A stretch of 64,000 nt of DNA from an uncultured Centipeda sp. (lineage in GTDB: Bacteria > Bacillota > Negativicutes > Selenomonadales > Selenomonadaceae): assembly GCA_905372865.1 (NCBI GenBank), contig CAJPQT010000016.1, positions 1,777 to 65,776 of the forward strand, in the 5' to 3' direction. Under the pieces are notes generated by a model that did not search any database, was not told where the DNA came from, and worked only from the letters and a program-made list of their open reading frames with translations. Shown one piece after another: positions 26,087-35,282 of this stretch; positions within the stretch are counted from its first letter, which is position 1, and the number at the start of each line of letters is the position of its first letter. A program made the position numbers and the translations under genes.

Positions 26087-26845
26087 TTGTTGCAGGTATC
26101 CATACTGGCGAGCGGGAGCAAGGGGAATTCGGTCTACGTGGAGCTGGACGGCGTGCGGCTCTTGGTGGATGCGGGCATCAGTGCGGCACGGATCACGAAA
26201 GGGCTGCGTGCACGCGGCATAGAGCCGCAGAGTATCGATGCCGTGCTCGTCACGCATGAGCACATCGACCATGTGCGTGGGCTGAAGACACTCGCCAAGC
26301 AGTATCATCTGCCAATTCTTGCAACGCGCGGAACCCTTGCGGGCATTGACGGCGGTGCGGCATTCGAGGACGATATGCGAAGCATTTCGGATGCATTCAT
26401 GATCGGCAATGTGACTGTACAGCCCTTTGCGACCTCACATGATGCGGCAGAGCCATGCGGATTTCGCATCGAGGGATCACATTGCTGCACAGTGGCGACC
26501 GATCTCGGCGTGGTGACCGATACGGTGCAGGACGCGATGGAGGGGGCAGATGTCCTCGTTCTCGAGGCGAACCACGATGCCGATCTCCTGCGGCAGGGCA
26601 GCTATCCGTGGCCGCTCAAACGGCGCATCCTCTCGAATCGCGGTCATCTGGCGAATGGAGATGCTGCATGGGCCCTCACACGCATGAAAAAACACCCGCG
26701 CAAGGTCTATCTTGCACATCTTTCGGAGGAAAACAACCGACCTGCACTCGCACGTGATACAGTGCATGACATCCTTGCCTCGTGCGGTATGACGCTCGAT
26801 ATCGAGAGCTGCCTGCCAGAGGGCGGTGCAGAAATCATCATGTAA
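26087..26845 (+). CDS. MBL-fold metallo-hydrolase (YycJ/WalJ-like)
   Basis: ILASGSKGNS and HEHIDH motifs. Confidence 0.8.
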   Translation: MLQVSILASGSKGNSVYVELDGVRLLVDAGISAARITKGLRARGIEPQSIDAVLVTHEHIDHVRGLKTLAKQYHLPILATRGTLAGIDGGAAFEDDMRSISDAFMIGNVTVQPFATSHDAAEPCGFRIEGSHCCTVATDLGVVTDTVQDAMEGADVLVLEANHDADLLRQGSYPWPLKRRILSNRGHLANGDAAWALTRMKKHPRKVYLAHLSEENNRPALARDTVHDILASCGMTLDIESCLPEGGAEIIM

Positions 26846-26858
26846 AGGAGATGTCTTT

Positions 26859-27962
26859 ATGAACATCCGAAGCAAAAAACGCAAGGGAATGGCTCTCGCT
26901 GCGGGAGCAGTTCTGGCCTCCTTTGTTATCTTTGGCGGCTGCTCGATGGGAACGGCCGCCGATAACACAGTCAGCGGCACAAAGCCCGCGCAGACAGTTG
27001 ATGTCTCCGGGCTCTCGGAGGCACGCAACACGCCTGTTGTCCGTGCGGCAAAGGCGGTTGGGCCTGCTGTCGTGGGCATCACGAACAAGGCGGTCGCACG
27101 CGACTGGTTCAATAATCCGGTGGAAACGCAGGGCGTTGGTTCCGGCGTGATTTTCCGCAGCGACGGCTACATTGTGACGAATAACCATGTGGTCGACGGA
27201 GCGAAGGAGATCATTGTCTCGCTCTCTGATGGACGCAGCATCAAGGGCAAACTCATCGGAAAGGATGAGTTCACCGATCTCGCCGTTGTGAAGGTGGATG
27301 AAAGCAACCTGCCGACAGCGGTTTTTGGCAACTCCGATTCCGTTGTTGTTGGAGAGCCCGCGATTGCGATTGGCAATCCGCTCGGGCTTGAGTTCCAGGG
27401 CAGCGTTACCGTCGGTGTTATCAGTGCACTGAACCGTACGCTTGATGTCAGCGATAAGCGCGTGAAGCTGCTGCAGACCGATGCAGCAATCAGCCCCGGC
27501 AACTCGGGTGGGGCACTTGTAAACGCCGACGGTGAAGTTATCGGCATCAACAGTGCAAAGGTGGCGGCAGCTGCGGTCGAGGGCATGGGGTTCTCCATCC
27601 CAATCAATACGGTGCAGACCATCGTGAATGAGCTGATCGAAAAGGGCTATGTGGCACGTCCGTACCTCGGTGTCTCCGTGTTCGATCCGACGACAGCTGC
27701 ACGCTACGGCTATCAGCTCAATATCGACAAGGGGGTCTACATCTTCCGTCTGACCCTCGACGGGCCCTGCGGCAAGGCGGGCTTCCAGCGCGGTGACATC
27801 ATCCTCGCGATCGACGGCGAGGAGGTCAACAGCGTTGCAGATCTGCGCAATAAGATCGCCTCGTACAAGGTCGGCGACAAGGTGACGGTAACATACGACC
27901 GCAACGATACGAAGCACAAAGCAGAGGTAACGCTCGAAGAAATGCCGCAGGAAGATCGGTGA
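26859..27962 (+). CDS. HtrA/DegP-type trypsin-like serine protease with a PDZ domain
   Basis: Signal/TM N-terminus, TNNHVV, GNSGGAL and a C-terminal PDZ domain. ATG follows AAAGGAG. Confidence 0.9.
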   Translation: MNIRSKKRKGMALAAGAVLASFVIFGGCSMGTAADNTVSGTKPAQTVDVSGLSEARNTPVVRAAKAVGPAVVGITNKAVARDWFNNPVETQGVGSGVIFRSDGYIVTNNHVVDGAKEIIVSLSDGRSIKGKLIGKDEFTDLAVVKVDESNLPTAVFGNSDSVVVGEPAIAIGNPLGLEFQGSVTVGVISALNRTLDVSDKRVKLLQTDAAISPGNSGGALVNADGEVIGINSAKVAAAAVEGMGFSIPINTVQTIVNELIEKGYVARPYLGVSVFDPTTAARYGYQLNIDKGVYIFRLTLDGPCGKAGFQRGDIILAIDGEEVNSVADLRNKIASYKVGDKVTVTYDRNDTKHKAEVTLEEMPQEDR

Positions 27963-28438
27963 AGATCAGCATTGTCTGTGCGGGAAAACTGAAGGAAACG
28001 TATTTGCGTGATGGGATCGCAGAGTATGAGAAACGACTGCGGCCCTATGCCGATGTACAAATACGTGAGATTGCCGAAGAGCGCATGAAGGAGCATCCGT
28101 CCGCAGCGGAAAAAGCAGGGGTCCTGCGTCGTGAGGGAGAGCGCCTTCTCGCGCAGGTACCAAAGGATGCCTACCTCATCGTACTGGATGTCGGCGGTAC
28201 AGCCTATTCCTCGGAGGAGCTTGCGGCAAAGCTGGACGGGATTGCGCTCGCGGGGCAGAGCCACGCTGCCTTTCTCATCGGCGGCCCCTTCGGGCTGTCG
28301 GATGAGGTGCGCCGCACGGCCGGACTTCGACTTTCATTCTCGCACTTCACACTCCCGCATCAGCTGATCCGACTTTTTCTGATGGAGCAAATCTATCGAG
28401 CTTTTAAGATCAGCAGGGGAGAGCCATATCATCTGTAG
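27959..28438 (+). CDS. rlmH: 23S rRNA (pseudouridine1915-N3)-methyltransferase
   Basis: 159 aa SPOUT protein with MKISIVCAGKLKE...FLIGGPFGL. Confidence 0.9.
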   Translation: MKISIVCAGKLKETYLRDGIAEYEKRLRPYADVQIREIAEERMKEHPSAAEKAGVLRREGERLLAQVPKDAYLIVLDVGGTAYSSEELAAKLDGIALAGQSHAAFLIGGPFGLSDEVRRTAGLRLSFSHFTLPHQLIRLFLMEQIYRAFKISRGEPYHL

Positions 28439-28592
28439 AACGAGAGGTTTCTGCAAAAATGCAGAGGCCTCTTTTTTGTATTTCAAGTGCATATTGTATT
28501 CATGCCCGCAATCTCTATACAAAGTTCCGCCGCGTGTGCTATACTCTGTCACGTTCGATAGGTCATCGGGCGAGCAAGAGGGAGGAGTTACA

Positions 28593-29942
28593 ATGTCTGA
28601 TATGAAACAGTATGTCGATGATATTCTCGATCTGGTATCGAAGCGCGATCCCGATCAAACGCATTTCAAGAACACAGTTGCCGAGGTTCTGACATCCGTC
28701 GTTCCGCTTTTGGAGAAGCATCCGGAGTACAAGCAGCACAAGATCCTCGAGCGCATGATCGAGCCGGATCGCATCATCACATTCCGCGTGCCATGGGTGG
28801 ACGACAAGGGCGAGATCCAGGTCAACCGTGGGTTTCGTGTACAGATGTCCAGCACGCTCGGACCATACAAGGGCGGTCTGCGCTTCCATCCAAGCGTGAC
28901 GCTCGATATTCTGAAATTCCTCGCATTTGAGCAGGTCTACAAGAATGCGCTGACGGGACTGCCGATTGGCGGCGGCAAGGGCGGCTCGGACTTTGATCCG
29001 CACGGGCGCTCCGACAACGAAGTCATGAATTTCTGCCAGAGCTTCATGACGGAGCTCTATCGCCACATCGGGCCGAACGTGGATGTTCCGGCAGGCGATA
29101 TCGGCGTCGGCGGACGCGAGATCGGCTATCTCTTCGGTCAGTACAAGCGCATCCGCGACTCCTATGATGCAGGCGTTCTGACGGGCAAGCGCACGGACTA
29201 CTGGGGCAGCCTTGCGCGTACGGAGGCAACGGGCTACGGTCTGCTCTATTTCGTACAGGATATGCTTGCGGCGAAGGGCATCGACCTCGCGGGCAAGACG
29301 GTCGTCGTCTCCGGCGCGGGCAACGTTGCAATCTATGCCATCGAGAAGGCACAGGAGTTTGGCGCGAAGGTCGTGACCTGTTCCGACTCGAACGGCTACA
29401 TCTACGATCCGGACGGCATCGATCTCGCGGCGGTCAAGGACATCAAGGAAGTCCGCCGCGCACGCATCAAGGAGTATGCAGCGACCCATCCAAATGCAGA
29501 GTACCATGAGGGCTGCAGCGGTGTCTGGTCGGTGAAGTGCGATATTGCACTGCCGTGCGCGACGCAGAGCGAGATTGATCTGGAGTCGGCAAAGCAGCTC
29601 GTTGCAAATGGCGTGCAAGCGGTCGGCGAGGGGGCGAATATGCCGTCGACCCTCGATGCGATCACGTATTTCCAGAGCCACAAGGTACTCTTTGCACCGG
29701 CGAAGGCGGCGAATGCGGGTGGTGTCGCGACCTCCGCACTCGAGATGTCGCAGAACTCCGAGCGTCGTCAGTGGACGTTCGAGAAGGTGGACAAGCGTCT
29801 CCGCAAGATCATGTCGCACATCTACCGCGACGCAAAGAAGAATGCGGAACTGTATGCCGACCCCGACGATCTCGTCGCGGGTGCAAATATCACGGCGTTC
29901 GCAAAGGTTGCAGATGTTATGCTTGCACATGGGCTTGTGTAA
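28593..29942 (+). CDS. gdhA: NADP-specific glutamate dehydrogenase
   Basis: GPYKGGLRFHPSV, LPIGGGKGGSDFDP, GAGNVA. ATG follows GGGAGGAG. Confidence 0.95.
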   Translation: MSDMKQYVDDILDLVSKRDPDQTHFKNTVAEVLTSVVPLLEKHPEYKQHKILERMIEPDRIITFRVPWVDDKGEIQVNRGFRVQMSSTLGPYKGGLRFHPSVTLDILKFLAFEQVYKNALTGLPIGGGKGGSDFDPHGRSDNEVMNFCQSFMTELYRHIGPNVDVPAGDIGVGGREIGYLFGQYKRIRDSYDAGVLTGKRTDYWGSLARTEATGYGLLYFVQDMLAAKGIDLAGKTVVVSGAGNVAIYAIEKAQEFGAKVVTCSDSNGYIYDPDGIDLAAVKDIKEVRRARIKEYAATHPNAEYHEGCSGVWSVKCDIALPCATQSEIDLESAKQLVANGVQAVGEGANMPSTLDAITYFQSHKVLFAPAKAANAGGVATSALEMSQNSERRQWTFEKVDKRLRKIMSHIYRDAKKNAELYADPDDLVAGANITAFAKVADVMLAHGLV

Positions 29943-29958
29943 CTATAGAATCGTATAG

Positions 29959-29986
29959 AGAAGGGCTGCTTCGGCAGCTCTTTTTC
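29959..29986 (+). terminator. gdhA intrinsic terminator
   Basis: AAGGGCTGC ttcg GCAGCTCTT followed by a T-run. Confidence 0.6.
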
Positions 29987-30405
29987 TTTGGGGTCTACGT
30001 CAAATTTTACGGACAGGCATGCTCTACGCAAACACTTAGTTGCGCAAATGTTCGTGTGCTTGGGCGCTCAAATACCGCTGGACTTCTTAAACGCGCTACG
30101 CTTGAACGAAAGAAGTCCAACGGGGCGTACCGCACAAGCGGTCAACGGCATCCAATCACACTTCGTTAACACTTGTGTTCTTGGGTCGTTTTCCCATGCG
30201 ACCTGTTCCCCAATCAGCTTCGTCCTGCGGACTTACTTCTTGGACAGATCAGTATTTTCCCGCTTGCTCCACTCGGGTTTGCTTAGGAGCATCGCTGACC
30301 TCATTTTCTCGTAACATTTATCATAGAAATCGTGCAGAAATGCGGGAACTATGCTATAATAGGCGGGATTTTAGAGGTCCTTGTTAGAGGAGGAGTACAT
30401 TTACC

Positions 30406-31251
30406 GTGGATATTTCATTGATGGAGATGCTGAAGGTTGTCGTTCTGGGCATTGTGGAAGGATTGACGGAGTGGCTGCCCGTATCGAGCACAGGACACAT
30501 GATCCTCGTTGACGAATTCATCCGTCTCGATGTGTCGACGGCATTCATGGATATGTTCCTCGTTGTGATCCAGCTCGGTGCGATTCTCGCTGTTGTCGTG
30601 CTGAATGCCGAAAAGCTCAACCCGTTCTTAAAGAGCAAGTCGGAGGCGGAGCGCCGCGCAACGTTCGATCTCTGGGGCAAGGTTATCGTCGCCTGTCTGC
30701 CGGCCGCTGTGATCGGGCTTGCGTTCAATAAGTATATGGAAGAACATTTCATGAATGCCCCCGTCGTCGCCGCAATGTTAATCCTCTACGGGGTGCTCTT
30801 CATTGTGGTGGAACGCTGGAACAAGCATCGTACACCACGCGTAGACGATCTTTCTGCACTGGACTATCGTACAGCATTTATCATCGGTATGTTTCAGGTG
30901 CTCTCGCTCGTCCCGGGGACGAGCCGCTCGGGTGCAACAATTCTCGGCGGCATCATCTTCGGTGCGAGCCGCTATGTGGCAACGGAGTTCACGTTTTTCC
31001 TTGCGATTCCCGTTATGTTTGGCGCATCGTTCTTGAAGCTGGTAAAATTCGGATGGAATTACTCGGGAACCGAGCTTATGATCCTTGGCGTGGGCATGAT
31101 GACAGCATTCGTCGTGTCGATCCTCTCGATTCGATTCCTCCTGCGCTACATCAAGCGCAACGATTTTACGGCGTTCGGCTGGTATCGCATCGTGCTCGGC
31201 ATCGTTGTACTCGCCTATCTCTTCCTGGTCGGCGACCCGACGAAGGAGTAA
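30406..31251 (+). CDS. uppP: Undecaprenyl-diphosphate phosphatase
   Basis: [20 protein letters not shown] and [10 protein letters not shown] motifs. TGcTATAAT promoter at 30351-30359. Confidence 0.9.
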   Translation: MDISLMEMLKVVVLGIVEGLTEWLPVSSTGHMILVDEFIRLDVSTAFMDMFLVVIQLGAILAVVVLNAEKLNPFLKSKSEAERRATFDLWGKVIVACLPAAVIGLAFNKYMEEHFMNAPVVAAMLILYGVLFIVVERWNKHRTPRVDDLSALDYRTAFIIGMFQVLSLVPGTSRSGATILGGIIFGASRYVATEFTFFLAIPVMFGASFLKLVKFGWNYSGTELMILGVGMMTAFVVSILSIRFLLRYIKRNDFTAFGWYRIVLGIVVLAYLFLVGDPTKE

Positions 31252-31254
31252 GAC

Positions 31255-31887
31255 ATGAAGATCATTGCAGGGCTTGGCAACCCCGGTGCAGAGTATGCAC
31301 AAACGAAGCACAACGTCGGATTTATGCTCGTGGATGCACTCGCGGAGCGGTTGAATGCGCCCGCATGGAAGGAAGATTTTTTCTCCGCGCTCACAGAGGT
31401 ACGAATGGGCGGGGAAAAGGTCTTTCTTGTCAAGCCGCTCACCTATATGAACAGCAGCGGTGAGGCGCTCGGTCCGATGCTTTCATACTATAAATTGGGC
31501 GCAGAGAATCTGACCGTTGTTCACGATGATATGGATATCCCCGCAGGGACGGTGCGCATCCGCAGAAAGGGAGGCTCGGGCGGTCATAACGGCATCAAGT
31601 CGATCCTCGCTCATGTGGGCAGCGAGGACTTTGCACGTGTGCGCATCGGCATCGGACGTCCGCCCGCAGGATGGACGGTCATCAACCATGTACTTGCGCC
31701 GTTCGCGGCAGAGGATGTGCTGAAGATCCGTGCGGCAATTGACTATCTCCTGCCCGCCGTGGAGTGTATCGTGACGGATGGCGTAGATTTTGCGATGAAC
31801 CGTTACAACCCGCATAAAAAGAAAGCAAAGAAGCAAGAGGAACGTCATGAAGCCCAAGAAGAAGGCGGCGCATCCGCGCGCACATAA
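31255..31887 (+). CDS. pth: Peptidyl-tRNA hydrolase (with a Lys-rich C-terminal tail)
   Basis: MKIIAGLGNPG..Y..TKHNVGF and GGHNGIKS. Confidence 0.9.
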   Translation: MKIIAGLGNPGAEYAQTKHNVGFMLVDALAERLNAPAWKEDFFSALTEVRMGGEKVFLVKPLTYMNSSGEALGPMLSYYKLGAENLTVVHDDMDIPAGTVRIRRKGGSGGHNGIKSILAHVGSEDFARVRIGIGRPPAGWTVINHVLAPFAAEDVLKIRAAIDYLLPAVECIVTDGVDFAMNRYNPHKKKAKKQEERHEAQEEGGASART

Positions 31888-33124
31888 GGACGAAATTACG
31901 GCGGTCTACGCCGACCGCCACGGCAATATCTGCGAGGCGGACGGCATACGCGGGCTTGGACGCATTGGCGCATCCAATGTTTCGCTTCGTCCTGCCGACC
32001 TCATACCGCTTCCCGAGAGCGCCGATCTGATGTTTATGCCCGAGCACTCTGCCGTCGGACAGAATCGCGACGGCGACGAAGAGTATATTGCGGGGACGGC
32101 GGTCGCCGCAATCCTGCCGCAGGGTTATACGCGCACGCATCTGCCCGCCTTTCATCGTGCAGATATGGCTGCGCCGCTGCCGCTCTATGGGTATACGGCG
32201 GTTGTCGCCCATCATGGGCAGCTGTGTGTCGCTGCTGTCTACACGGACGAGAATGAAAAGTGGGATCCCGCCAATTACAACGGCAAGGAATTGAAGAAGC
32301 TCGTGCGCCGCACGATGAAGGAGCTGCCGAACAACCGCATTGTGGAGCAGGTAGGCGGCTGCTCGCTCAACTATCACTGCCTCACAGCACAGAATCTGTT
32401 TTATCGGCGTTGGGAGTGTGGTGTGCCGACATCACCTGTCTGCAATGCGAACTGTCTCGGCTGTATCTCGCTCCAGAGTTCAGAGTGCTGCCCATCACCG
32501 CAGGAGCGCATTACATTTTCCCCGACGGCGGAGGAGATCGCAGAGGTCGGCATCTACCATCTCTCACTTGCCCCCGACGGCATCATCAGTTTTGGGCAGG
32601 GCTGTGAGGGGGAACCGTCGCTCGCAGCTGACCGTATCGCCGAAGGAATCCGAAAGATTCGTGCCGTGACCGCGTGTGGTCAGATCAATATGAACTCGAA
32701 TGCAGGCTTTCCCGAGGGGATGAAAAAGATCGTGGATGCGGGACTGGACTCTCTGCGCATCTCCATCATCAGTGCACGCAATGAAAGCTATGACGCATAT
32801 TACCGCGCAAGCTATTTGCTTGACAATGTAAAGGAGTCACTGCGTTATGCGCTCGGTCACGGTGTCTATGTCTCGCTGAATTTACTCCACTTCCCGGGCT
32901 TTACCGACCGTCCTGAGGAATTGGCTGCATGGCAGGACTTTTTTCGTGCGCTGCCCGTCCAGATGATCCAGATGCGCAATCTGAACATCGACCCAACGCT
33001 CTTCCTGCAAGCGATGCCAAAGGCTCTGGGTGAACCTGTCGGAACAAAGATATTTATGGATGAACTGCACAGAGAGTTCCCGCAGCTTGTCATTGGAAGT
33101 TTCAGTCACTATGTAAATAATTGA
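31847..33124 (+). CDS. Radical SAM protein with a ~190-aa N-terminal domain of unknown function
   Basis: CNANCLGC (CX3CX2C) cluster motif at about residue 200. The start overlaps the pth tail. Confidence 0.75.
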   Translation: MKPKKKAAHPRAHKDEITAVYADRHGNICEADGIRGLGRIGASNVSLRPADLIPLPESADLMFMPEHSAVGQNRDGDEEYIAGTAVAAILPQGYTRTHLPAFHRADMAAPLPLYGYTAVVAHHGQLCVAAVYTDENEKWDPANYNGKELKKLVRRTMKELPNNRIVEQVGGCSLNYHCLTAQNLFYRRWECGVPTSPVCNANCLGCISLQSSECCPSPQERITFSPTAEEIAEVGIYHLSLAPDGIISFGQGCEGEPSLAADRIAEGIRKIRAVTACGQINMNSNAGFPEGMKKIVDAGLDSLRISIISARNESYDAYYRASYLLDNVKESLRYALGHGVYVSLNLLHFPGFTDRPEELAAWQDFFRALPVQMIQMRNLNIDPTLFLQAMPKALGEPVGTKIFMDELHREFPQLVIGSFSHYVNN

Positions 33125-33149
33125 CTTTTCGTGCAGTATCGGATAGAAT
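33121..33149 (+). promoter_or_regulatory. glmS promoter
   Basis: TTGACT, a 17-nt spacer, then TAGAAT. Confidence 0.6.
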
Positions 33150-33206
33150 GTCCCTGTGTATCGTGTGGTACACAGGGATTTCATATTATGGAAAAGAGTT
33201 TTTCTT

Positions 33207-33350
33207 AGCGCTGGCTCTGGGTTATCCTTGCCCAGAGGACGAGGAGAAGGTTGTCGAGCCGTCAGCGGATGCCTTCCGGCACGCTCTGTCGAGAGTCTGT
33301 GGTCAAAGCGCAGGGGCGACCCTGCGGACAAAGCTGCAGATGGAGCGAAA
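33207..33350 (+). ncRNA. glmS ribozyme (GlcN6P-activated self-cleaving leader)
   Basis: A|GCGC cleavage-site context, GACGAGGAGAAGGUUGUCGA, and GCGGAUGCCUUCCGGC core blocks, collinear with Bacillus glmS ribozymes. It lies immediately 5' of glmS. The 3' boundary is approximate. Confidence 0.85.
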
Positions 33351-33391
33351 TCCCTGAGCGATGGATTGATTATCGGTCAGGAGGTATTTTT

Positions 33392-35221
33392 ATGTGTGGA
33401 ATTGTCGGTTATGTCGGAGATCGCCAGGCAGCGGAGTTCCTGCTGGATGGTCTCTCGAAACTCGAGTATCGCGGCTATGATTCGGCGGGCATTGCTGTCT
33501 ACGACGGGGAGCATATTCGCGTCGAGAAGAGCGTCGGCCGCCTCGCTGCGCTGCGCGAAAAAATCAAGGGAGATATGCCTGTCGGCTGTCTCGGCATTGG
33601 CCATACGCGCTGGGCAACGCACGGCCGTCCGTCAGATGTCAACTCGCATCCGCATACGGACTGTCACGGCGACTTTGCCGTTGTGCACAACGGTATCATT
33701 GAGAACTATCTCTCCCTAAAGGAGGAGCTCATTGCAAAGGGGCACGTCTTCAAATCCGAGACGGATACGGAGGTTGTCGTGCACCTCTTGGAGGAGGTCT
33801 ACAGCGGGGACTTCATCGCTGCAGTGCGCGCGGTTCTGGAGCGGATTGAGGGCTCTTATGCACTTGCCTTTATGAGCCGCAAGCATCCGGATCTACTCAT
33901 CTGCACGAAGCAGGACAATCCGCTTATCATTGGACTTGGTGAGGGGGAGAACTTTATCGCCTCCGATATTCCTGCCATCATTTCCAAGACACGTCGTACA
34001 TATATCCTCGGTGACGGAGAAGTGGCAGTGGTCCGCAAGGATGCGGTCGAGGTGACGAATCATCTCGGGGCGCCTGTTCCGAAGAAGGTGTTTGAGGTCA
34101 CATGGAATGCCGAGGCAGCGGAAAAGGGCGGCTATGAGCACTTCATGCTCAAAGAGATCCACGAACAGCCGAAGGCGGTGCGCGACACGATGAGTCAGCG
34201 CATTGCGCCAGATAAAACATCCGTATCTTTTGAAGAGCTTGCATGGGATACGGCGTATCTAAACGCATTCAACAAGATCTACATCGTCGCGTGCGGTACG
34301 GCATACCATGCGGGGCTGGTCGGCAAATACTACATCGAGAAGCTGGCACGCGTCCTTGTCGAGGTTGACGTTGCATCCGAGTTCCGCTATCGCGACCCGA
34401 TTGTCGATGAGCACACACTCCTAATTGTGGTTTCGCAGTCGGGGGAGACGAGCGATACGCTCGCCGCGCTCAAGGAGTCGAAGCGGCGCGGGGCAAAGAC
34501 GCTTGCCATCACAAACGTGGTCGGCTCCTCCATTGCGCGTGAGGCAGACCAAGTCGTCTATACATGGGCAGGTCCAGAGATCGCCGTTGCATCGACGAAA
34601 GCGTATACGACGCAGCTTGTCCTCTTCTTTATGCTCGCGCTCTACATGGCGGAGATCAAGGGGACCATTGCAGCGGAGCGTACGGCGCAGTTGGTCACGC
34701 AGCTGCATGAGATTCCGGCACAGATCTCGGAGATCCTGTCCGATGTCGACCCAATCAAGACCTTTGCAAAACAGTACGGCTTCAACGAGGATGTGTTCTA
34801 CATCGGGCGTGGCCTAGATTACGCCGTATCCCTTGAGGGCGCACTGAAGCTGAAGGAGATCTCCTACATCCATGCGGAGGCGTATGCGGCGGGTGAACTG
34901 AAGCACGGTACACTCGCACTGATCGTGGAGGGCGTGCCCGTGATCGCACTTGCGACACAGCGCAACGTCTACGAAAAGACGCTTTCAAACATCAAGGAGG
35001 TCAAGGCGCGTGACGCGGTCGTTATCGGGATCGCGGCAGAGGGCGACACGGAGCTTGAGAAGTACGTCGATCACGTCATGCACGTACCCGCGTCGGATGA
35101 GTTCATCATGCCGATTCTCTCCGTCATTCCGCTGCAGCTGCTCGCCTACTACGCCGCAATCACACGCGGCTGCGATGTGGATAAGCCGCGCAACCTGGCG
35201 AAGTCGGTCACCGTCGAATAA
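33392..35221 (+). CDS. glmS: Glutamine--fructose-6-phosphate aminotransferase
   Basis: MCGIVGY N-terminal nucleophile, two SIS domains, and the C-terminal KSVTVE. Confidence 0.95.
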   Translation: MCGIVGYVGDRQAAEFLLDGLSKLEYRGYDSAGIAVYDGEHIRVEKSVGRLAALREKIKGDMPVGCLGIGHTRWATHGRPSDVNSHPHTDCHGDFAVVHNGIIENYLSLKEELIAKGHVFKSETDTEVVVHLLEEVYSGDFIAAVRAVLERIEGSYALAFMSRKHPDLLICTKQDNPLIIGLGEGENFIASDIPAIISKTRRTYILGDGEVAVVRKDAVEVTNHLGAPVPKKVFEVTWNAEAAEKGGYEHFMLKEIHEQPKAVRDTMSQRIAPDKTSVSFEELAWDTAYLNAFNKIYIVACGTAYHAGLVGKYYIEKLARVLVEVDVASEFRYRDPIVDEHTLLIVVSQSGETSDTLAALKESKRRGAKTLAITNVVGSSIAREADQVVYTWAGPEIAVASTKAYTTQLVLFFMLALYMAEIKGTIAAERTAQLVTQLHEIPAQISEILSDVDPIKTFAKQYGFNEDVFYIGRGLDYAVSLEGALKLKEISYIHAEAYAAGELKHGTLALIVEGVPVIALATQRNVYEKTLSNIKEVKARDAVVIGIAAEGDTELEKYVDHVMHVPASDEFIMPILSVIPLQLLAYYAAITRGCDVDKPRNLAKSVTVE

Positions 35222-35235
35222 ATCAGATTATATTG

Positions 35236-35271
35236 AGAGCAGAGCTTCCATACGAGGCTCTGCTCTTTTTC
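35236..35271 (+). terminator. glmS intrinsic terminator
   Basis: AGAGCAGAGC, an 11-nt loop, GCTCTGCTCT, then a T-run. Confidence 0.75.
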
Positions 35272-35282
35272 TGTGAAAAGAC

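Noticed and set aside
29988-30314. 108-aa plus-strand ORF in the gdhA-uppP spacer.
   Set aside because: It has no RBS or start context, an implausible composition and no recognisable family. The region is treated as non-coding (see the finding for 29990-30345).
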